From: a bacterium
Lineage (GTDB): Bacteria; Patescibacteriota; Minisyncoccia; Moranbacterales; UBA1568
Length of the DNA: 64,000 bases
Assembly: GCA_021821305.1 (NCBI GenBank)
Contig: JAKACP010000001.1
Coordinates: forward strand, 260,934 to 324,933
Direction of reading: 5' to 3'
Each line of letters begins with the position of its first letter. Position 1 is the first letter of the stretch. Below the pieces are notes generated by a model. The model was given only the letters and a program-made list of their open reading frames with translations, was not told the DNA's origin and made no database searches. The position numbers and the translations under genes were made by a program. Positions 59,429 to 64,000 of the stretch are shown one piece after another.

Positions 59429-60379
59429 ATGTCATGGCACGTATTCCCATCGAAGAAGCCTGCGAGATCCGTCGCGTCACGGTCCGTTTTCGGATTCCGA
59501 AAAAAGCGGAGTTCTTTCGCGGCCGAGGGGGCCTCGGGTTTCCCGTTCGGTATGGCCGCACTGTGGCTCACGGCCGGGTCGGTCGCCGCGTATACGCTCC
59601 TTTTCTCCACGTTGCATGAGATAGACGGTGTCCGGGTGACGGGCGTGCGCGATATAGGCGACGAACGGCTGGAATCGGAGGTCCGGGAGTTCCTTTCACA
59701 AAAACTGCTTCTGGCGTTTCCTGGGGATAATTATTTCCTTTTCTCCGGTGACCGTCTCGAGCAGGATCTCAAAGAGAAATTTCCCAAGCTGTCCTCGGTC
59801 CGGGTCGAGAAGCGCTTTCCGCATGAGATCGACATTTCCGTGGCCGAACGCGACCGGATATTCCTCTGGTGTTCGGGAGGCGGCTGCTTTCTCGTCGACG
59901 AAAAGGGATGTACGGGCGATGCGAGGTTCGCCGAGCAGGAAATGAACCACCCCTTCCTCGTCCGTTTCACCGATGAGAGCGCGGTACCGATGACCGCAGG
60001 GGATTGCTCCGTTCCCTCCGATCTGCCGGACATCATACTGCGTCTCGAGCGCGGATTACGGGAGGAATCCGGTCTCGCGCTCCGCTTGCCCGCATTCACG
60101 CCTTCCCGGATATCGAGGGAGATCCGGTTCCGCACCGAAGAGGGATGGGAAATATGGATGAACGCCGATATCCCGCCGGAAAAGACGCTTGCCGCCCTGC
60201 GAGCGGTGCTTGAGACGGAGATTCCTCCCGAGGGACGGGTAAAGCTTCGCTATATCGATCTGCGTACCGAGAACAAGGCTTTCTATGCGTTCATCGTGGA
60301 AGAAACTCCTCTGGCCGATTCGGGAGCCTCGGAGGGGACCGATGCGTCTTCGGAAGAGAAGAAGGAAGAGAAGCGATAG
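59429..60379 (+). CDS. ftsQ: FtsQ/DivIB-like cell division protein
   Basis: Basic N-terminus, TM, POTRA (V.G...KRFPH.I.I.V.ER), C-terminal YIDLR. Confidence 0.8.
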   Translation: MSWHVFPSKKPARSVASRSVFGFRKKRSSFAAEGASGFPFGMAALWLTAGSVAAYTLLFSTLHEIDGVRVTGVRDIGDERLESEVREFLSQKLLLAFPGDNYFLFSGDRLEQDLKEKFPKLSSVRVEKRFPHEIDISVAERDRIFLWCSGGGCFLVDEKGCTGDARFAEQEMNHPFLVRFTDESAVPMTAGDCSVPSDLPDIILRLERGLREESGLALRLPAFTPSRISREIRFRTEEGWEIWMNADIPPEKTLAALRAVLETEIPPEGRVKLRYIDLRTENKAFYAFIVEETPLADSGASEGTDASSEEKKEEKR

Positions 60380-60395
60380 TCGTTTCACGGAAATG

Positions 60396-60431
60396 AAAGC
60401 CGGCCCGGAAGAATGTCTCGGGCCGGCTTTT
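60396..60431. terminator. Bidirectional terminator
   Basis: AAAGCCGGCCCG...CGGGCCGGCTTTT between convergent genes. Confidence 0.75.
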
Positions 60432-60449
60432 CTTCGCACGTGCATCCGT

Positions 60450-62279
60450 CTATTCGAGCCCGTCATACTCCATGCCCTCTTCCGGAACGTAGAAGATGAA
60501 GATGGAATCGCCGGCACGGGCGATGAGCGGATACTCCGCGAGCCAGGCATAGGTCTGTTTTCCTTCCGGATTGTCGCGATAGAGACTCTCCTGATAGAAG
60601 AGCGAGGATATGGCATACCAACCCGGCTCCGGCGGCAGCTGGTCGTACCAGCGCTCGTAGCGGTCTCCGAGGTAGTATGCCGGTTCCGCTCCGCCGAAGT
60701 AATCGACGTGGATCGTGTCGATCCCGTTTTGGTCGACGAAATCGCGGAGCCGTTTCATGTCCTGTCCCCAGTCGTAGTTCGAATCGGTCGCGACCATGTA
60801 GCCCATCTTCGGACCGCCGCCGGCCTCGTTCCAGTAGGTGAGATAGGAGGGATAGGAGAGGATCGGGATGGCGGCGACCCAGAGCGCGAAGAGACCGAGC
60901 ATTACGCGTGATACCCGCTCGCCCTGGAAGTCCTGCCGACGGATGAAGTCGAATGCCGTTTTCGCGATGAGGACGTAGAGGAAGGGCAGGATCGGGAAGA
61001 GGTGCCGGAAACCGATGTTGAGATTTCCCGTGATGCTGATATAGGCGTAGAAGAGGACGAAGAACGCCATCAGGTACTGTGCGATGTGCTGTTGGAACGA
61101 CTGCGCGAGGAGCTTTCGGAGAGAACCGACGGATGTCCGGCGGACCGCTTTGCCGATGCGGAAGATCGTGTAGAGCCCCGTCGCGGTGAGGAGCACGAGG
61201 AAAGGGAGGGTTTCCTTGAGCGCGAAGATGATCGGGAAGTACCACGGGTTCGCCTCGCTTCCGACCGTTCCGAGGAAGTAGAAGTTGTTGCCGCCGCCGA
61301 CGCGTTCGAAGACCATCCCGACACCGAGGAAATAGGCGGAGAACGGCTTGAGGAGGGCCGAATCGCTCGTCGAGGCGACGAGTCCGTGCGCGAGACGTGC
61401 GTAGTCGTTCGGCTGCCCGAGCTTGATGTCGGCCACCTCGACGAGCTTCTCGCCCGGCATCGCGGCCGTGTTCGGATAGTAGACGATCCAGATAAGCGCG
61501 AAGGCGACGACGACGACACCGGCATACCGCGTCAGGTAACGTCCGAGGGAACGCAGTTTGAATCCGAGCGCGGACGCTTTCGTATCGGCTCTCCCGCGGG
61601 CGAGCGTGATGGCGTAGAGGAGCGAGAAGAGTCCGAAGATAGGGAATAGAAGGACGGCGGAGAACTTGGTCAGTTCCGCGATGCCGAGAAAGAGACCGGC
61701 GAGGAGAACATTCTTCCCGTCCGGCTTCTTCAGGAAACGGACGAAGAAATAGAAGGCGAAGAACAGCACGGCGGCGATGCCGATATCGGTGGTGACGTAG
61801 TGGCTGTGCGCGATGATGTTCGGGTCGGCGACGTAAAGGAGGGTCGCGAAGAGCCCGGCGACGGTTCCCGCGAGCTCCTTGGTCCACCGGTAGATGAACC
61901 ATCCGAGGAGGAGCGCCACGAGGATGATCGGCAGGCGCGACCAGAAGACGATACTGTCCGCATCGTTGCCGCTTTCATAGAGGAATGCCGTACCGAGCGA
62001 CCATTGTCCGTGAATACCGCTCTTCTCCCAGTCCGGGTGATCGTAGGGGAAGGTGAGATCAAGAAACAGGAGCGGAAAGCCGGCAAGATCCTTGAGAAGC
62101 GGGGGGTGTTCGGGGTTGAGACGCATGTCGGCCCGGTCGAGGTACGTGTAGGCGGCTGGGATATGCGCCCGCTCGTCGTAGGTGGCGGATTCCTGCCAGG
62201 CGAGCGAGACTGAGAGGATGGCGAACGCCGCGAGCATGCCCGAGACGAGGAGTTTGGCGTGTTTCTTGAGGTTGTCCAT
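60450..62279 (-). CDS. GT-C fold (ArnT/PMT, GT39/GT83-like) membrane glycosyltransferase
   Basis: TYDE, NPEHPPLLK, VTTD, KFS, DSNYDWGQD; multi-TM. Confidence 0.85.
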   Translation of the reverse strand: MDNLKKHAKLLVSGMLAAFAILSVSLAWQESATYDERAHIPAAYTYLDRADMRLNPEHPPLLKDLAGFPLLFLDLTFPYDHPDWEKSGIHGQWSLGTAFLYESGNDADSIVFWSRLPIILVALLLGWFIYRWTKELAGTVAGLFATLLYVADPNIIAHSHYVTTDIGIAAVLFFAFYFFVRFLKKPDGKNVLLAGLFLGIAELTKFSAVLLFPIFGLFSLLYAITLARGRADTKASALGFKLRSLGRYLTRYAGVVVVAFALIWIVYYPNTAAMPGEKLVEVADIKLGQPNDYARLAHGLVASTSDSALLKPFSAYFLGVGMVFERVGGGNNFYFLGTVGSEANPWYFPIIFALKETLPFLVLLTATGLYTIFRIGKAVRRTSVGSLRKLLAQSFQQHIAQYLMAFFVLFYAYISITGNLNIGFRHLFPILPFLYVLIAKTAFDFIRRQDFQGERVSRVMLGLFALWVAAIPILSYPSYLTYWNEAGGGPKMGYMVATDSNYDWGQDMKRLRDFVDQNGIDTIHVDYFGGAEPAYYLGDRYERWYDQLPPEPGWYAISSLFYQESLYRDNPEGKQTYAWLAEYPLIARAGDSIFIFYVPEEGMEYDGLE

Positions 62280-62300
62280 AAGTGTTCGATGGAGAAGGGG

Positions 62301-63893
62301 TTATTCGGGAATGACGATGGCCGTGAAAGCGGTGCCATGCCCGGGCCGGAGATCGATGTCGAGCGCATAGGCCTCGGGGATGCGCATCCGGATGTTCTCG
62401 AGGATACGCTCGTCATAGCGCATCGGGATGATGATGGCGGGTCGGTGGACGACCGTGTCCTGCTTGAGAAAGGCGAAGTTTTCCAGTTTTCCGTGGATGA
62501 GGAACGCGAGCGGCTGCGCGCCGAGCGGGGTGACGGTCTCGTTGCTATCGATGTTGGCGTAGACGTATTTGTACGTCTCATCCGGAAGTCCGAGCAGATA
62601 GGTCGCCATGTTCGTGGTGCGTGCGTCGAATGCGGCGTGCTGTTCCGGCCGATCGGCGAACAGTACGAAATATTTCGTGATATTCCATGCAGCCGATCCG
62701 GCGAGGACGAGGAAGAGAAATCCGGCGACCGCGAGCGAGGAGCCGGCTTTGGCTCGGGCGAGCCGTCGATAGACGAAGACGATGGGAATCGACGCGAAGA
62801 GGAAGACGAAGGGCTGGGTGCCGATGGAGCGGAGCGCGTGCGGAAGCCCTTCGTCCGTGAGGAATTCGGGGGCGAGCATGACGATGAACCCGCCGAGAAG
62901 GAGCGCGTGGACCGGAAGCTCGACGTCGCGGCGGCGTTCGCGGATGCGTTCCCCGAGGAGCTTCACCAGCATCCCGACCGAGAAGATGAGTCCCGCGAGG
63001 AAAAAGGTCCCGACGATGGGATCGAGTACGGGGTAGGGCGGGTAGTTGTGCCGCCAGTTCTGGTCGCCGACGAAGTTATACTTGATGAGCGAAAGTCCGA
63101 TCGTCTTAGCGAGCGTTCCCCAGAGGTTTCCCTCGTTCACCTCTGGAGAAAACACGGAGATGGCGGCCGAACGGGAGGCGAGGATGTCCGGATTCGTCAC
63201 GAAGGCGTAGAACATGGGTGCCGCGGCGATACCGGCCGCGACGACGAAGACGAATGCGTGTTTCCAGAACCGTTTCAGGAAGTGCTCGTATGAGAGCATG
63301 AGGAACGGGAGAAGGAATATGAGAATGAACGGCGCGAGCCGGAACGCGATATAAGTGTGGAGTCCGAGGCCGAAGAGGAACCCGGCTACCGCGAACGGGA
63401 ACAGTGTTCCCTTGCGGAGGCCCCGGAAGAAGAAATAGAACGAGAACGACAGAAGAAACGGCACCATGATCGCCCGGAAGCCGATACGGGAGAAGTTGAT
63501 GGCCCAAAACGAGGTCGCCATGAGAAGGGCGCTCACGATCGCGGCCGAGCGGCTCCGGAAGAGCTCCCAGGCGAGGAGTCCTGTCCCGAGTACGGCGAGA
63601 GAGCCGAAAATGCCGCTCCAGAGCTTGAGCGCGGGTATATCGATGCCGAACACGAGGAGCGAAAGCGCCTGGAGATTGATGAACAGTCCCTCACGCCCGA
63701 AATTGTTCGGATAGAAGAGGCGGTAGTTCCCGGTCTCGTTCGCCTCGATCGCGTCGATGCCGTTCATCGCCTCGTCGGGATAGAGTCCTGCCGGGATGCT
63801 GTCGATGTGATAGCTGCGGAGCGCGAATGCGGACAGGGTGATCACGATGAGGAGCGACCAGAAGAATGGGCGCGAACGGAGCAAAGCCGGCAT
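62301..63893 (-). CDS. GT-C fold (ArnT/PMT-like) membrane glycosyltransferase
   Basis: GLYPDEA, GREGL, FSRIGFR; multi-TM. Confidence 0.85.
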   Translation of the reverse strand: MPALLRSRPFFWSLLIVITLSAFALRSYHIDSIPAGLYPDEAMNGIDAIEANETGNYRLFYPNNFGREGLFINLQALSLLVFGIDIPALKLWSGIFGSLAVLGTGLLAWELFRSRSAAIVSALLMATSFWAINFSRIGFRAIMVPFLLSFSFYFFFRGLRKGTLFPFAVAGFLFGLGLHTYIAFRLAPFILIFLLPFLMLSYEHFLKRFWKHAFVFVVAAGIAAAPMFYAFVTNPDILASRSAAISVFSPEVNEGNLWGTLAKTIGLSLIKYNFVGDQNWRHNYPPYPVLDPIVGTFFLAGLIFSVGMLVKLLGERIRERRRDVELPVHALLLGGFIVMLAPEFLTDEGLPHALRSIGTQPFVFLFASIPIVFVYRRLARAKAGSSLAVAGFLFLVLAGSAAWNITKYFVLFADRPEQHAAFDARTTNMATYLLGLPDETYKYVYANIDSNETVTPLGAQPLAFLIHGKLENFAFLKQDTVVHRPAIIIPMRYDERILENIRMRIPEAYALDIDLRPGHGTAFTAIVIPE

Positions 63894-64000
63894 ATGTTTT
63901 TTCTTTTTTCTTTTATGATACTGTGCTAATATTATACCATAAAAAGAAAAAGAATCGTTTCGAAACCCTATGCCGCAACAGCGCGATGCGAGCCTTGTCG

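Overview
About 64 kb of a GC-rich (roughly 55-60% by eye), gene-dense bacterial chromosome. Gene content and style suggest a Patescibacteria/CPR (Parcubacteria-like) genome; this is inference, based on alpha2-type GlyRS, short MetRS, glycolysis-only energy genes, SD-less A-rich starts and orphan surface proteins. The window is mostly housekeeping: smpB-ssrA-infC-rpmI-rplT, argS, ileS, glyQS, metG, leuS, recO, tgt, rsmI, tatD, atpBEFHAGDC, uppP, folD, tRNA-Leu(CAA), parAB, galT-tpiA-fba-gap, murD, trxB, murA-mreB, holB, ftsQ and glycosyltransferases. No CRISPR array, prophage, transposase or integrase is visible. The unexplained signal is mostly non-coding or embedded in genes. (1) A ~185-nt nested-palindrome element with compensatory changes between two full copies, plus two decayed copies, usually abutting stop codons. 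(2) A dispersed family of 7-nt-period tracts, some in inverted pairs. (3) Short palindromes inserted in frame, so that all five aminoacyl-tRNA synthetase genes carry repeat-derived inserts. (4) An Ile T-box with an ultrashort stem I and a terminator, placed before a (p)ppGpp-hydrolase-like HD gene and ileS. (5) Counter-oriented orphan mini-genes with their own SD and mostly their own promoter and terminator, including a 55-aa ORF missing from the ORF track. (6) A D-aminoacylase homologue with most metal ligands substituted. (7) An unassigned ~210-nt structured RNA candidate upstream of murA.
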